A stretch of DNA of 64,000 bases from Sphyrna mokarran. Taxonomy: Eukaryota. Of the stretch, positions 14,011-26,409 are shown piece after piece. Every line of letters begins with the position of its first letter. The first letter of the stretch is position 1. Where the stretch lies: contig JAGIQG010000013.1 in assembly GCA_024679065.1 (NCBI GenBank), positions 56,234,001 through 56,298,000 on the forward strand. Reading direction: 5' to 3'. A program made the translations under genes and the position numbers. The notes beneath the pieces are model-generated. The model was not told the DNA's origin. It made no database searches and was given only the letters and a program-made list of their open reading frames with translations.

Positions 14011-14744
14011 TATAATTGTTGAAGATAAAGTCCCTCTTCTATTCACCCTCATGCTCCAATTTGTCTTCAGGATGTATGGCAACTTCTTTCTGTGCCTCCA
14101 TTGGTGTTTTGTGGATAGCTATTGGGAAATAAATGATTGAGAGTGATTCTCCTTTTTTCTCCTCCCATATTTTGGGATAATGCCTGGTTTTAACTCTGCA
14201 GAAGATGATCAAACATGCAAACCATCGCACTCACCCAGTTAAGCAAGATGATTTTAAAACCTTTAAGGATAATTTCTTTGCAATTTAAAATATTCTGTGA
14301 CCTGAATCGTGTTCAATAGTAAAGTTCTTAATAGTGAACTAGTACTGCATAATGTGAATGAATAATTCTTGCACCAGTCAATTTTGTTTTATCTATGAGT
14401 AGAGAATTAAAACTAATCTCATACAATGTTCATCTATATGGAGTCAGGCTTATACTAAAATGATGGCTACCAATTGCTATTAATGATTATTGTTGAACAA
14501 ACTATCCGGCCTTTTTCGTGCAGATCAGTGGAAATGTTAGTTGGAATCTGCATCACCATGATAACCTGTTTTATATAGGACTACCATTTTACAAGCGCAA
14601 TCTCCTATTTCATGAGGCTGTAAAACTTAGATGTAATGCTACACATGCTTAAAACTTTCATCTAAAATTCCAATGTTATTTCAACAAGCATTAACTTATT
14701 TTAAATGCATTAGCGTTTCAGTAACACGGAGAGAAAGATAAAAG

Positions 14745-14885
14745 GTTTAAAGTTTATTTATTATTGTCATAAGTAAGCTTGCATTAACACTGCAATAAAA
14801 TGACTGTGAAAATCCCTAGTTGCCACACTATGGCGCCTGTTAGGGTACCCTGAAGGAGAATTTAGCATAGCCAATGCACCTAATT
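14745..14885 (-). mobile_element. V-SINE subfamily 3' tail fragment
   Basis: aaagtttatttattattgtcataagtaagcttgcattaacactgcaat...agaatttagcatagccaatgcacctaa; same tail as 44525-44630. Confidence 0.65.
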
Positions 14886-16039
14886 TCACTTCAGAAGTAA
14901 TTTATTATGTTGACAATTTGGCAGGCAATTTGCATGTGGCAAAATCTCGTGAACAACAATTGTACCTATGTCCAGTTACCAGAGACGTGCTGACCAAAAC
15001 ACACACATTCTTAACTCCTCTTTCGAGTACCTCAAGCCACAATTTTAATATCTCATCTTTTAATATAGCAGCATTGCTTAGTATTACTTTGAAAGATTGG
15101 CCTAGATTGTGTGCCCAAGTCTTGGCCTGGGACTGGAATACATAATTTTCTGACACAAACAGCAAAAGAGTATCAACAGAGCTAAGCTGCCACAGTATTT
15201 GCAATTTTTAAATTTGTGAATTGAGTATCCAAGCTTCCATGAAATCTCCCATAAGACGCAAGTTAACTTCTGCATATCTGCTGCTGGGTCAGATTTCTGC
15301 TCATCGCTGGTAAAGGAGAGAGAGACCTGGATCGAAGAATGCCTAGGACCTGTACCATAAACTTTTATCATGTAAAGCATATGCATTGTACTTGAAATGA
15401 TTTTTGTAATATGATTAGAAGTGTGAATTATGATATTAATTAATGTGAATATTAATTGAGACTAAAATTAGTATTTACAGAGAGTATGAAAAAAATAAGA
15501 CTAATTCAGAAGAACCTGGCTTTATAAAAATGACTCGGACAAACTTGTAATACTGGCTGCTTATTGAGGAATTATATAAAGTTGTGTATTGTTACTCAAA
15601 TATTTGTGTTGACAGACTAATACATTAATGGTAATTATTTACTCTCAAATCCTTTAGCAATAGTTCAAATAAACTATTCAAAAATAAATCACAATTACTA
15701 CCTGGAATTAAGACATCATAGCAAATTCTCTATTAATGAAAGGGCAATTTTACTACGGTCAAATGGAAAATTAAACAACTCTGATTTATTTGTCATACGC
15801 ATGTAAGTCAACCTGTATATAGGACAGCCATTTCATTCTGCTAAGAAATGCTATTCTCAAATGAGGAGTGGGCCTCAATTGTTTTTACCTCAGAAATGCA
15901 TGCTTTACCCTTATAAATTAGAGTATGAGATGACACAGGCAAGGCATGCTATTTTGCCAAGAAGTTGTACAGGAGTTTAAGACACTCTTACAGAGAACAG
16001 ATTGTATACAGCAAATTAACAGAAAAAAGGTCTCCTGGC

Positions 16040-16775
16040 AAAAAGAATGAAGTACCTAGTTGGTTTCAAGCTAAAAGTCGTAACATTTGCTGACTCTTCA
16101 AATAACTGCACTACAACAAGGGAATTTGGTGTTAGTGAAAAACTGGTTTGAGAATAGGAGGCGGAAACTGCCCAAGACCAAATGCACTATGAGAACAGGG
16201 ACCAACCACTGGCATAATCTTGAGAAGTATGCATTGGAATGAATCCTTGAGGGTCATCAGAATGGTTACATCTTCACCAGAAATAGAACTTGTGTGTATA
16301 TGTATGCACTTAAGGCCAAATCAAACTGAATGATGCAGAGCAATAGCTAGTTGGTGTAGCTGTTTTACAGAACTAAAAGGTTTAGTGTTGCAGCAGAAGA
16401 TCAAGGTCACTGGGACAACCAAAAACCGCAATGCCAAAATTACCAGTTTCCAATCATTACCATCTGACAGTAGCAAAAATAAGTACGCTTTGTGCCACAT
16501 CAGCAACATGAATGAAATGGCTACAAATTTCTATGTTTAACAACCAAACTATGAAATGGGAAGGTTTGAAACAGTTCTAATGAAAACCACAGGACATGAG
16601 AAGACAAAATTCACTTGTGCAAGCCATTTGGACAACAGAGTGCAATTAAAACTTACGGTAAGTTTTAAATGTAAAACCATGTTGAAAATCAAGTTCCCTG
16701 TAGGGATTTTTGTGCATGTCCATGACAATAGTTGGATGGATGAGGATGGAGTGAAGTTGTGGGTGGATAATAATG
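16040..16775 (+). mobile_element. Fossil pogo/Tigger-superfamily (POGK-like) transposase
   Basis: Degenerate translation RMKYLVGFKLKVVTFADSSNNCTTTREFGVSEKLV (Brinker-type DNA-binding domain), then a CENP-B HTH-like segment, then SNMNE...VLMKTTGHEKTKFT...NSWMDEDGVKLWVD (DDE_1 start). Contains stops and frameshifts. Confidence 0.8.
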
Positions 16776-16819
16776 ATTGGTTTATTGTAAGTTCAACATG
16801 GCATCAAATACTGACACTG

Positions 16820-17030
16820 CAATTTGCCATAGTTCCAGAGGACCACAGGCTGCTCTCCACTTTGAGAGAGAGAGCTGACTTATGGTGATTTTAATATTTA
16901 CCACACTTCAAGCAAGGGGCAAGGTTGAGAAGATGGACCTTCTTGGATAACTTAAGCAGGTAAGTGAATTGAACATGCACTGTTGCATCACTCCACATCA
17001 TGAACCAGCCTTCTAGCTAACCAATCTGCA
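16820..17030 (-). mobile_element. tRNA-derived SINE (same family as 21135-21355)
   Basis: Reverse-complement similarity to 21135-21355 (aaggggcaaggttgagaag / cttctaaccttgctcctt; caggctgct / agcagcct). Confidence 0.6.
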
Positions 17031-18569
17031 CTGACAATACAAATAAAACAAGAAATAATTATTCATAACATGGTTGTAGACAATCATAAAACTAAAAATT
17101 CAAATATAAAATAGAATGATTGTACAACTATAATCATTTCAGTACACAAATAATTACAATACATAGCAAAATGTGGGATCCTTAATTTAGAGAACAAAAA
17201 TGAAAGGTACATGATGCTCTGCATTTTGTGTTAAAATCCATTGATTGAATGTTGTAAGTGGAGTTCATTAAATTCTCAATCATATACATTCCATTTTTTC
17301 ATTTTATAAAATAAGGGATTGAGCTGCCTTGTGCTTTATTCATTCTATTTTTTATTTGTGTAATGATTCTTTGCTCCTAAATTCCATCTCATATTTACTT
17401 TTGCAAGATAATACCAATGTAAAATGGGGTTGAAGAGTTTTCTAGTGATATCCAGAGTATTTTCCATCTTTCAGCTAGTGAACATATATTCAGTTTTTTG
17501 ATTGTGTCAATACCTTACGTACACATTATCTAAGATCATTTCTGAATGCTTTTGAGTTTGTTCACATGCTCTTTGCAATCTGCAACATAGTTTTTAGTTT
17601 CTACCTGCTCAATTGTTTGTAATTTTTTTTATTGGTGGAAGATAAATTTCAGTTATTTAGTCAAAGATTAGTCAAGTTTTTTTTATGAAAGGAAGATTAT
17701 GTTTTGTACCTATGTATAAGTGGAACAGAAATAATTGCATTGTCATGGTTTTATACCTGCTATAGCATTTCCTTTTGTGCTCAATGGACTTCAGAAACCA
17801 AATTATGTTGAGTGTCTTTTCCATCCTAATTTTAGTTAATTGTTCAAAAACTACATTGAATTTTGAGTTTGACAGCCTCTAATGATATAGCCTATTTTCC
17901 TGACTTAAAGCATAAACTAATTGCTGTAACTTATAAAACAGAGAGACTTTCCTCATTTTCAATTAACTTTTTTAAACAATGAATTTTTAAATCAAAACCT
18001 ATTTCGACAAAAGAAGGCTAGGAAGGGAGGGAATAGATTGAGTTGAGGATAAGGTGTTTCCTGCCCTCGTCCTTGTAGAGTGTATGTTGTGTTAGTGGTG
18101 AGATTAGTGACAGCATAATGAAAGAATACAGGAGTTGAGCAAGTAGTTCAAAAGAGGTATACATGTGATGGAAATGATGAAGTGATAGAAACATAAAGGG
18201 AAGACATTAAGGAATAGAGGACAAGATGGAAGCCAGGAGATGGAGAGAAATACTGTATTGGAAAGAGATTGAAACCACTATCAGTAAAATGTATCCTAAA
18301 ACAGTTGGCAGCTTCTTTCGCTGCTACACTCCATAGTATCAATTACCACCTTCCACCTAGCAGGAAAGAAGAAAAAGACATGAACATGAAAAAACTTTGG
18401 AGTGAAAAGCAGATTAGAAAGAAACATAAAGAAAATAGTAGGGATGAAGAGAAAGACAGATGAGATGCATACTATGTAAATATAGCATTAAGAGCGAAAA
18501 TATTTCATTCACAGTGTAGTTTTCAATTAAACAGTCATTTTTCAGATTAAAAAGACAATGCCTGTAACC

Positions 18570-18935
18570 ATTAGATTTGTAGATTTGATTTATTATTGTC
18601 ACGTATTGGGATACAGTGAAAAGTATTGTTTTTTGTGTGCTGTACAGACGAGACATACAGTTCATAAACTACACAGGGGAGAGGAAAGGAGAGAATGCAG
18701 AATATAGTACTATAGTCATATCTATGAGTGTAGAGAAAAATCAGTTTAAGGTCCATTCAAAAGTCTGACAGCAGCAGGAAAGAAGCTGTTTTTGAGTCTG
18801 TTTGATATGTGACCTCAGACTTCTGCATCTTTTTTTCCCGATGGGAGAAGGTGAAGAGGGAATGTCAGGAGTGCATGAGGTCCTTGATTATGCTGACTGC
18901 TTTTCCCAGGCAGCGAGAAGTGTAGATGGACAGGG
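18570..18935 (-). mobile_element. Rex1/Babar-like LINE 3' fragment
   Basis: Tail agatttgatttattattgtcacg and reverse-strand peptide IYTSRCLGKAVSIIKD, typical of fish Rex1-type RT C-termini. Confidence 0.55.
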
Positions 18936-19129
18936 CTATTGTAAACTTCAGAAGACTGGAACGTAGACAACGTAAGTACAAAATCAAAATCCTAGAGAAA
19001 AGAATGCAGGTTACACTTGCACCACTATGCAGAATAATGAGTAACTGGCCTTGCACAGTTTCTCTGATCTGAGCTCCTGGAGAAGCTCTGCCAAAACACC
19101 CAGTCTGCTGAAGCAGCATTTACCTCTCC

Positions 19130-19520
19130 CCTTTTCCATTGCGCCCGTTTTGCTTACCCCTCTCTCTCTCTCTCACTCCCTGTGTGCATCTCTCTCTCTC
19201 TCTCTCTCGGTGGCAGTATTTGTCTCGCTCCCTCTCCTGTTGCCTGGCAACGGTAACTCTGTGCCGGTTTTCTGGTCTCCGGCCGGGAGGGAGAGCGGAT
19301 TGAATTCGAGTTCAGCTTTCAGCCGCTCGGACTGTGGAAAAAAACTCGGTTTTGAATCGAGTTGCCGATCTTTTCCCTTTCCCCAGACGTGTGGCGACAT
19401 TGTTGGGTTTTGGGCGGAATTCCTAACTTTTGGGGCAAGGAGCGAAGGCGACAGAGCTGGTGAAGAGTCTGAGGGAACTGGGCGGCCTTGGGCTCAGCAT
19501 CAAAGTGCCAACCCGAGAGG
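19130..19520 (+). promoter_or_regulatory. CpG-rich promoter of the CXorf58-like gene with (CT)n tract and RFX X-box
   Basis: Local GC/CpG enrichment in a CpG-depleted window; (CT)n at 19160-19208; GTTGCCTGGCAAC at 19239-19251 followed by GGTAAC. Confidence 0.75.
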
Positions 19521-19606
19521 CCCTATCAACTCATGGCCACTTGGTGCCACCTCCTTTCTCCAGCTGTTTGATCTGAAATGTAAATGCCTTTCAGAAAAAC
19601 AACAAG
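19260..19606 (+). other. Candidate first (5' UTR) exon of the CXorf58-like gene; start approximate
   Basis: Lies downstream of the X-box and ends at donor CAAG|gtattt (19606/19607). Confidence 0.45.
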
Positions 19607-19924
19607 GTATTTGTCTATCTGTGTTAATAGCAAGCAGCATGGTAACCTAGTAAAATGTTTCAGGGTCAAGAGTGGTCCAAACTTATCAAGCTTATTTTTA
19701 CTATACCCCCTTTAAGGGATATTTTTCAGACATTCGTATTGTTGGGGCAGAACCTGAAGACAAAACTTGGCAACTGGTACAGCCTATATCCTCTTTTGAT
19801 AGAATGGCAGAGTAGTTACAGCACAGGATGCCATTCAGACCACTGTGTCTCTGCTAACTCTCTCTGAAAGACCAAGTTGCTTGGTCGTACTCCCCGCAAA
19901 CATTTTGTTTTAGATAGTTATACA

Positions 19925-20710
19925 GCTGGTGGCATATTGTCACTGGACTAGTAATCCAAAGACCTGAAATAGTGCTCTGGGGTCATAGGCACAAATCTAC
20001 ATGGCAGATGGTGAAATATGAATTCAGTTTTTAAAATCTGGGATTAAAATCCATCGATGACCACGAAACCATTGTCAATTGTCGTTAAAATCCATCTGGT
20101 TCAATAATGTACTTTAGGGAATGGAAATCTGCCATCCTTACTTGGTGTGGCCAATGTGTGACTCCAGATCCTCTCAAATGCCCCTTCAAGAGCAATCTAG
20201 GACGGGCAACAAATTGTTGGCCCAGCCAGCGACAGTCATATCTCATGAGCAAATTTTAAAAAATCAGTTTGATCCAAAGTGCTGTTCCACAAAATGTTGT
20301 TTTAATGCTGAAATATTTGCAAATGGAACCATAAAATAATTTAAACTTACCATAAATGAAGTCTGGATTGATGCTGTAGATCATGAATTCAATTCCCATC
20401 ATAGTAGCTGAGAGAATTTAGATTCAGTTGATAAATCTGGAAATTTAGAGAGTGCCAGGTTGCCATATAAATGCTTCTGCTTCACTAATACCTTCAGAGG
20501 AGAAAGCTTACCTGCTCATTATTCCAGACCCGTAGCAATGTGGTTTATTTTTAACATCATTCTGAAATGGCCTCGCAAGCCATTTAGTTGTATCAAACTG
20601 CAACAAAAATAAGTAGTGTGGGCTACATCATATGAACCATAGCAGTTCAAGAAGGTAGCGCCACACCACCTTGTCACAGGCAATGAAGGATGGGCAATCA
20701 TAATAATTAT
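19925..20710 (+). mobile_element. Two tandem degraded SINE-like repeats
   Basis: ggtggcatattgtcactggactagtaatcc...aaatccatctggttcaataatgtactttagggaatggaaatctgcc...; a second related unit at ~20370-20710. Confidence 0.55.
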
Positions 20711-20721
20711 GTAACAATAAG

Positions 20722-20890
20722 GGCATTAGCACTGCTGTCTCACAGCACCAGGGACCTGGGTTCAATTTTGGCCTCGGGTCACTGTCTGTGTGGAGTTTGC
20801 ACGTTCTCTTCATGTGTGCGTGGGTTTCCTTCGGGCATTCTGCTTTCTTGCCACAGTCAAAAGACATGCAGATTAGGTGGGTTGGCACAT
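20722..20890 (+). mobile_element. HE1-type V-SINE
   Basis: ttagcactgctgtctcacagcaccagggacctgggttcaatt...ctgtgtggagtttgcacgttctc...gggtttcc. Confidence 0.85.
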
Positions 20891-21134
20891 CTATTCCTGT
20901 TTAAAATGAATTGTCTAATCTTGCCACAGCACAAAAATAGCCCCAACCAAAGTTGTGTATGATTGATTTCCAGTATGTAGAGATTCATTTAATGGTTGAA
21001 TCAAATGTTTTTTCATTTTGATAAAGACAACCTGTTAACAATTAGTTTATAAATACCTTTAATATAGAAAGAACCAGTCAATCTCATGTTATTGATGCAG
21101 CTTGCACCTTCACACCTATTAGTGCATTGGCTTT

Positions 21135-21355
21135 TGGGGTTGGTTTAGCATAATTATCTAGACAGCTAGTTGGTGCTGCAGAGCGATGCCAACAGCGTGG
21201 GTTCAGTTCCTGTCCCGGCTGAGATTATTTATCAAAGCCTGCCTTCTAACCTTGCTCCTTACCCAAGATGTGGGGATCCTCAGATTAAATCACCACCAGT
21301 CAGTTCGGGGAAAGCAGCCTATGGATATCTGAGATATAGTGATTTTTGCCTGACT
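21135..21355 (+). mobile_element. tRNA-derived SINE
   Basis: tRNA-like head ggttggtttagc...tggtgctgcagagcgatgccaacagcgtgggttcagttcc followed by a non-tRNA body; reverse copy at 16820-17030. Confidence 0.6.
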
Positions 21356-22183
21356 TTTGTGATTATCTGGAGTTTAGTGGGAAGAATTTCAGCTGCCACT
21401 GATAATATGAATCCTTGAATTACCATCAGTGATCAAGGCTGGCATATTGTTATTAACGACATCATTACAAATTTACCTGCTTCAAATATTGGTTTATTTT
21501 GCAGAAATCTAAAGCCACTTCCAAGCGTATTATTTCAGCCTCAATGAGTTTCTGATTTCATAATTCTACAAAAGAAGAATATTTAGGTAGATAGTCCTGT
21601 GGAAAATAACCTGCTGAAGAATGTATCAGTTAGCATTCTGTCCTTACTGTTGCTCTCCTCGTTTAGGCAATCTATAATCTCCTTTATATCATGAATTCAC
21701 CACAATGAATTGCCTCATCCTTGCAGAATTTTTAGCTATATTTATCTTTTTAAGTATGAAGATGACAGAGTGTCTTTAATTCAACAACCTAATAAGGATG
21801 GAGAGGGAAAGGCTGAGCAATCCATTACATTAATGATTTCCCTGGCTTTTTAAGAATAATCTGCTTTTAATAAACAACCAGATTACAAGCAATTGTTGAC
21901 TCTGATTTATACTTGTTGATTGAGATGTAAGTATGAGTACCAATGCATCATACTGTATGAAAAAAATTACGTTCACACATATTTAACATGCTATGGTAAT
22001 TTAAACATGTGAAATGAATAGTAAGTCAAAATGATCCAGTGCCTAATTATAATACTATATTGATACAGCATTGATGCCTTGTTCAACTGTCAAAAAAACA
22101 TTACTTCGTGATACAGATGGTAAATATGAGATAATTGCTTTAGCTCATTTTTATGTCTTCAGAATGATTTTGCAAAGCTAATA

Positions 22184-22293
22184 ATGGACCCTATTAAGTT
22201 GGAAAGTAAAAATCCACAAGTTCTGCAAAATGATCATTCATTACAGAATAACAAAGAAATAACATCACACACACAAACATATGAATCAAAGAT
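22184..22293 (+). CDS. CXorf58: CXorf58-like coding exon 1 (exon starts at 22163; ATG at 22184)
   Basis: Acceptor tcttcag|AAT, Kozak-like ataATGG, open frame MDPIKLESKNPQ...YESK, donor AT|gtaagt in phase 2 matching the next exon. Confidence 0.7.
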
Positions 22294-23129
22294 GTAAGTA
22301 ATTCAGAAGTATTTTTCATTACCAATATAAATTGATTCAGATGTTTTGTTTTGTTACTCTATGTTTAACATAAATAACATCAATAGGTTACAGAAGAGAG
22401 TAAAGGAATATTTGCATTACTGCAAAAATACTTGTCTTTCACATCAGGAAATGCATATATATATAACTTTGCTAGTTATAGTCCATCTCCTAACCCTACT
22501 TCTCTGTCCATCTGTGCATTTATTTAATTGCCAGACTGATGATCTCTCCAAATTTCTCTTTGTTTATCTGTGGTTTTAGGTTATTATAAAAAAGATTATT
22601 AAAATGTATTTGTATAATTTTTTTATGCATAATAAAGAAACATACAATTTGCATAAACTGGTTCAATTCATGTGCTGCCAGTTTACTTACCACTTAAAAA
22701 ACAATAATCTATATACAAAAATAAAAATTGCTGGAGGTGCATTTGTATAGAGAATGGATGTTTATAGGAGTATGCCATTTCCTTTAGCATGCCATTCAGT
22801 TATTTATTCAACAAGTGTAAAGTCCCTAAGCCATGTAGTTTCTTTCATCCTGTTGTATTGAGTGCGGATAGGCCTCCATTGAGAGTGTGGATTGGACACT
22901 TCTATAATGTGGTGCATAGTTTATTCTTTCCTACAGGAACATAATGGGCTAGCACTAATGCCCCATCTATGGAGCTTGGGCAAGCAGTGGCTATGGCCAA
23001 TTCTGAACCTGTTGAGGGTAGATGCTCTTGGAAGGTTGAAACCAGGGTGTTGGGTTGGATTTGAGGGTATATTTGATACCATATAGATGACTGACATGAC
23101 TGAACTACATATGTTACTCCAGATCCCGT

Positions 23130-23480
23130 AATCTATCAGTGTCAGATTTTAAAATTAACAATTGATCTAGCATCAACTGCATTTGCAGAAATGAATTCCA
23201 AATTTTGGCCATCCTTTATGAAAGTACTTTCTAACTTTTCTACTGAAAAATCTGGCTTTAATTTTTAGGCTGTGTCTCCTAGTCTTAGATTCTCCAGCTA
23301 GCAGAACAACATTTCTGAATCTATTCTGCCAGTTTTCCCAAGCATTCAAAATTACAGGGAATATAATTCTGTTTATGAGACCCCCTCCATGTAATTCAAG
23401 TCTTGGGGTCCAAGTATCATTCTGGTAAGTCTATGCTGCATTCTCTAGAAAACCAATATATCCTTCCTGAGGTCTACACA
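23130..23480 (-). mobile_element. CR1-clade LINE fragment, degraded
   Basis: Collinear with 8205-8660 (tcagatttaaaattagcaactgatctag...gtatcattttgtaa). Confidence 0.65.
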
Positions 23481-23704
23481 GAACCAGCATGATTTTTCAC
23501 CACAATTGATGGACGTTACAAATGAATATTATCTTATAAAGAACAGAAAAAAAGGAAGAAAATAAACATACACACACACACACACACAAGAGAAGAAGTT
23601 GAATGGTTTTGAATGCATTAATGAAAACTCACTAATAGTTAAATGGCAGAATTGATATTGGTATGGAGCCTAATAAAATCAATCAAACTGAAGAACAGTA
23701 TGAA

Positions 23705-23820
23705 TGAAATTTTCTCATCCCGCCCATCATGGGAATTGTAGCAGGCGAGATAGGATCATGCAAAAATCCACTGACCTTGGGTGGGAGTTTTGGTCTTGGA
23801 GTGAGTGCGGCTGGGAGTCA
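23705..23820. mobile_element. Short MITE-like repeat
   Basis: Reverse-complement similarity to 32355-32480 (tgggaattgtagcaggc / gcccgccaaaattccca; tccactgacc / ggtcaatgga). Confidence 0.45.
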
Positions 23821-24149
23821 GAGAGGACATGTGAATCACAAAGGGAATAGGACATGAATCAAGTTTGAACAGGAGCATGAGAAATTAGAGAAGTTAAGCA
23901 GTTTAGCTGCCCAGGAGCTTGCATGAGAAAAAGAACAAGTCAACACCAAGGATGCAGATCATCTCACCTGTACTGTTCCGATGGTAGATCCCCATTAAAA
24001 TGTTCCTCCCCAACAAGTACACCAATCCCGCAACATCAGCATGACCTGCCAAAGAGACAATGGGAGTCACAATTAAAATCTGAAGTAAAGTCATTACTAA
24101 AGACAGAATCTGCAAAATGCCTAAAAAAATGAGGTCCTGTTTCTTAAAA

Positions 24150-24520
24150 AGAGAAAGAGCTGCATTTTTAGAGTGCTTTTCATGACCACTGGGTGTCTCA
24201 AAGCCCTTTCCATTAATGAAGCAATTTTGAAGCAGGACAGATAATTTGCAGAAATTAGAAAGTGCTTTCATAAGGTCTCACAAACAACAGTGTAATAGTA
24301 ACAGTTGATCTTTTTAAATTATGTTGATTAAGAGTAAATAGTAGCCAGAACACAAGGAATAGCCATCCCTCTTTCCCCCAATCTTCTTTGAAATGTGCTT
24401 TAGGATCTTTTACAACCACCGAAGTAGGTAGTTGAATTAACATGCAGTTAACATGGTGATCAGAGTCACACTTGCAGGTAATGGGTTTAATAAAGTAAGT
24501 CACTTAGTCTACATTTTGTC
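24150..24520 (-). mobile_element. Deu-domain (SacSINE1-like) SINE, degraded
   Basis: gctgcatttttagagtgcttttcatgacc...aggtctcacaaacaacagtgtaatag...ctctt...gaaatgtgctttaggatcttttac, the reverse of a DeuSINE-type body. Confidence 0.5.
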
Positions 24521-25539
24521 TCTCAATGGTAAAGAAGACTGCACCATCAGCAGTGAATAAAGTAAACTGGAATTGAGGAAGTGCATATAAATTGCTATCT
24601 CATTAAGATGGACTGTTTATGAAATGATGTGGAAGAAGTGAGATAAAACAGGTATTTCACCTTCTGATTTTGCATGGAAAGGTGCCTGGAAAGGAGAACT
24701 TGTGATCGGAATAGTGGTACAATGAATGAATCAAAGTGTCACAGAGGAAACATTTTCCTTTGGAAAATGAACAGTAGAAGGGAATACATGTTTGGCAGTT
24801 TGACATATTGAAAGTGGCAAAAGCCGGTCTGTTGAAAATAAAAGTTGGTGGGTCGGAAGGAAAAGATGAGGAACTGCATAATGATGGTGCAGAGTGAGAA
24901 AGAAAGGATCAACTACAGAAGCATGGGAAATATATCCAATGCTGTAGCAAGTCCTGTTACCATGGTAGAGGGAATTCCTCAGTCAAACAAAAATGATGTT
25001 TTCAGAGCAAATACAGCTTATGGAGAAAAGGAAAAGAGATTGAAGTTTTAACAGGAAGTGAGGTAGGAAGTCAAAGCTTTACACCTATTTTGGTTTTAGC
25101 TATTAGATAGTATTATAGATTTGTATATATTCCTATGTCAGAGCGTGATATGAAATGTTTAAACTGCTATGCTGTTAGGTTCAGTGGAATGACTGTTTTC
25201 ATTGTCCACAAAGCTTTGTATATTTCTTGCTCACACTGTGACAAATAAATCAATTGACCCACTGAAATGTCAGGAATAAGCTACTGTTTGTCATACTAAC
25301 CATGGTCTAAATAATTGTAATAAATGAAACTTCAATAAATAGATGAGGCTATATTTTCTTTATTGTAACTATCATTCTATATTTACCTTTTTTCTTCCTC
25401 AAGGCTCCCACCATAAGTTTTGGAGCTAGAAGTGAAGGAGTAGAGAATTTCTGAGACTGTCCATTTTAGACTATTACAGTGGAAAAGGAGGAGATATAGT
25501 TAGAGAAAGAAAGAATCAATAATGAATTGTTGCTTGGTT

Positions 25540-25800
25540 TCGTAAATCTCATTTGACTTTTGATTGACCCACTGCATTTCCCACAGCGTCAGATAATCCC
25601 AGCCTACGATAAGAATAAAACTGTATAGATCTTTAGGTGTTGACCTAAGCTCCAGATTCAGATATGGCAAAGGACATGCTACAAAGTCTCCTGGGGACAT
25701 CCAGGATTTTGTGACAAAATTGGGAGATCTGTCTGCATTGACTAGTCAAGCAACAGCCTGGCATTGTCAAACTCATGGTATTGTATTTTTAAGTCAATGT
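25540..25800 (-). repeat. Interspersed repeat, inverted copy of 32570-32840
   Basis: Shared sequence gives parallel ORF peptides (SFILIVGWDYLTLWEMQW / SFILIVGWAYLTLWGMQW). Confidence 0.75.
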
Positions 25801-25829
25801 TTTGCAACTCCTCTACTGATAACATGGGG

Positions 25830-26270
25830 GGAGCCCAGCACCATCCAGGATAAAGCAAATCTTGATTATTACCCATCTGTCAGCGTAAATATTCACCCCT
25901 TCACATAGGCACAGAGTGGCAGCAGCATGTGCCATCTACAAGATACACTGCAGCAATTCATCAAGTCTCCTTTGACAACACCTTTCAAACAGGCAACCTC
26001 TTTTGCCTAGAATAACAAGGGCAGTAAGCATATGGGAACATTACTACCTGCAAATTTCCCAAGTCACAAAGCATTCTAATGGAAACAAATCACTGTTCCT
26101 TCATGTCACTGGATCAAAATCCTAGAGATGAAAAGTTACCCTTGCAGTATTACACCACATGGAATGTAGAGCTTCAGGAAGATTGCTTATTTTCACTTCT
26201 CCACGGCCATTAGGATGGACAATAAATGTTGGCCTTCACCACTGCTCATGCCCAATGAACAAATTTTTAA
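25830..26270 (+). mobile_element. Shark LINE 3' fragment (family of 10015-10600)
   Basis: caccatccaggataaagca...gggcagtaagcatatgggaacattactacctgcaa...ggatcaaaatcctag. Confidence 0.7.
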
Positions 26271-26409
26271 AAACTAGCACCTTTAATTGTATCAGATAGA
26301 TTAAAGTGTTTCTTACTTTGTCAGTACTAGTGAATTCCTCAAATAGATGTCAATTTTGACATAATAATGTCCAACCTCTATCAGCTGATCTTTACTTTCT
26401 GTCTTTCAG

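Noticed and set aside
19051-19650. 199-aa ORF over the CpG-rich region
   Set aside because: Non-ATG start, low complexity from the (CT)n tract, no recognisable domain; better explained as promoter and 5' UTR.
20628-21418. SINE heads as tRNA genes, and recurring 'THAHMKRTCKLHTDSDP' ORFs as a protein family
   Set aside because: tRNA-derived SINE sequence; the heads are degenerate and run into SINE bodies, and the peptides are repeat translations.
21505-21586. Possible extra CXorf58-like exon (ttttgcag|AAATC...TTTAG|gtagat)
   Set aside because: Stops in all three frames; could only be a UTR exon and nothing else supports it.
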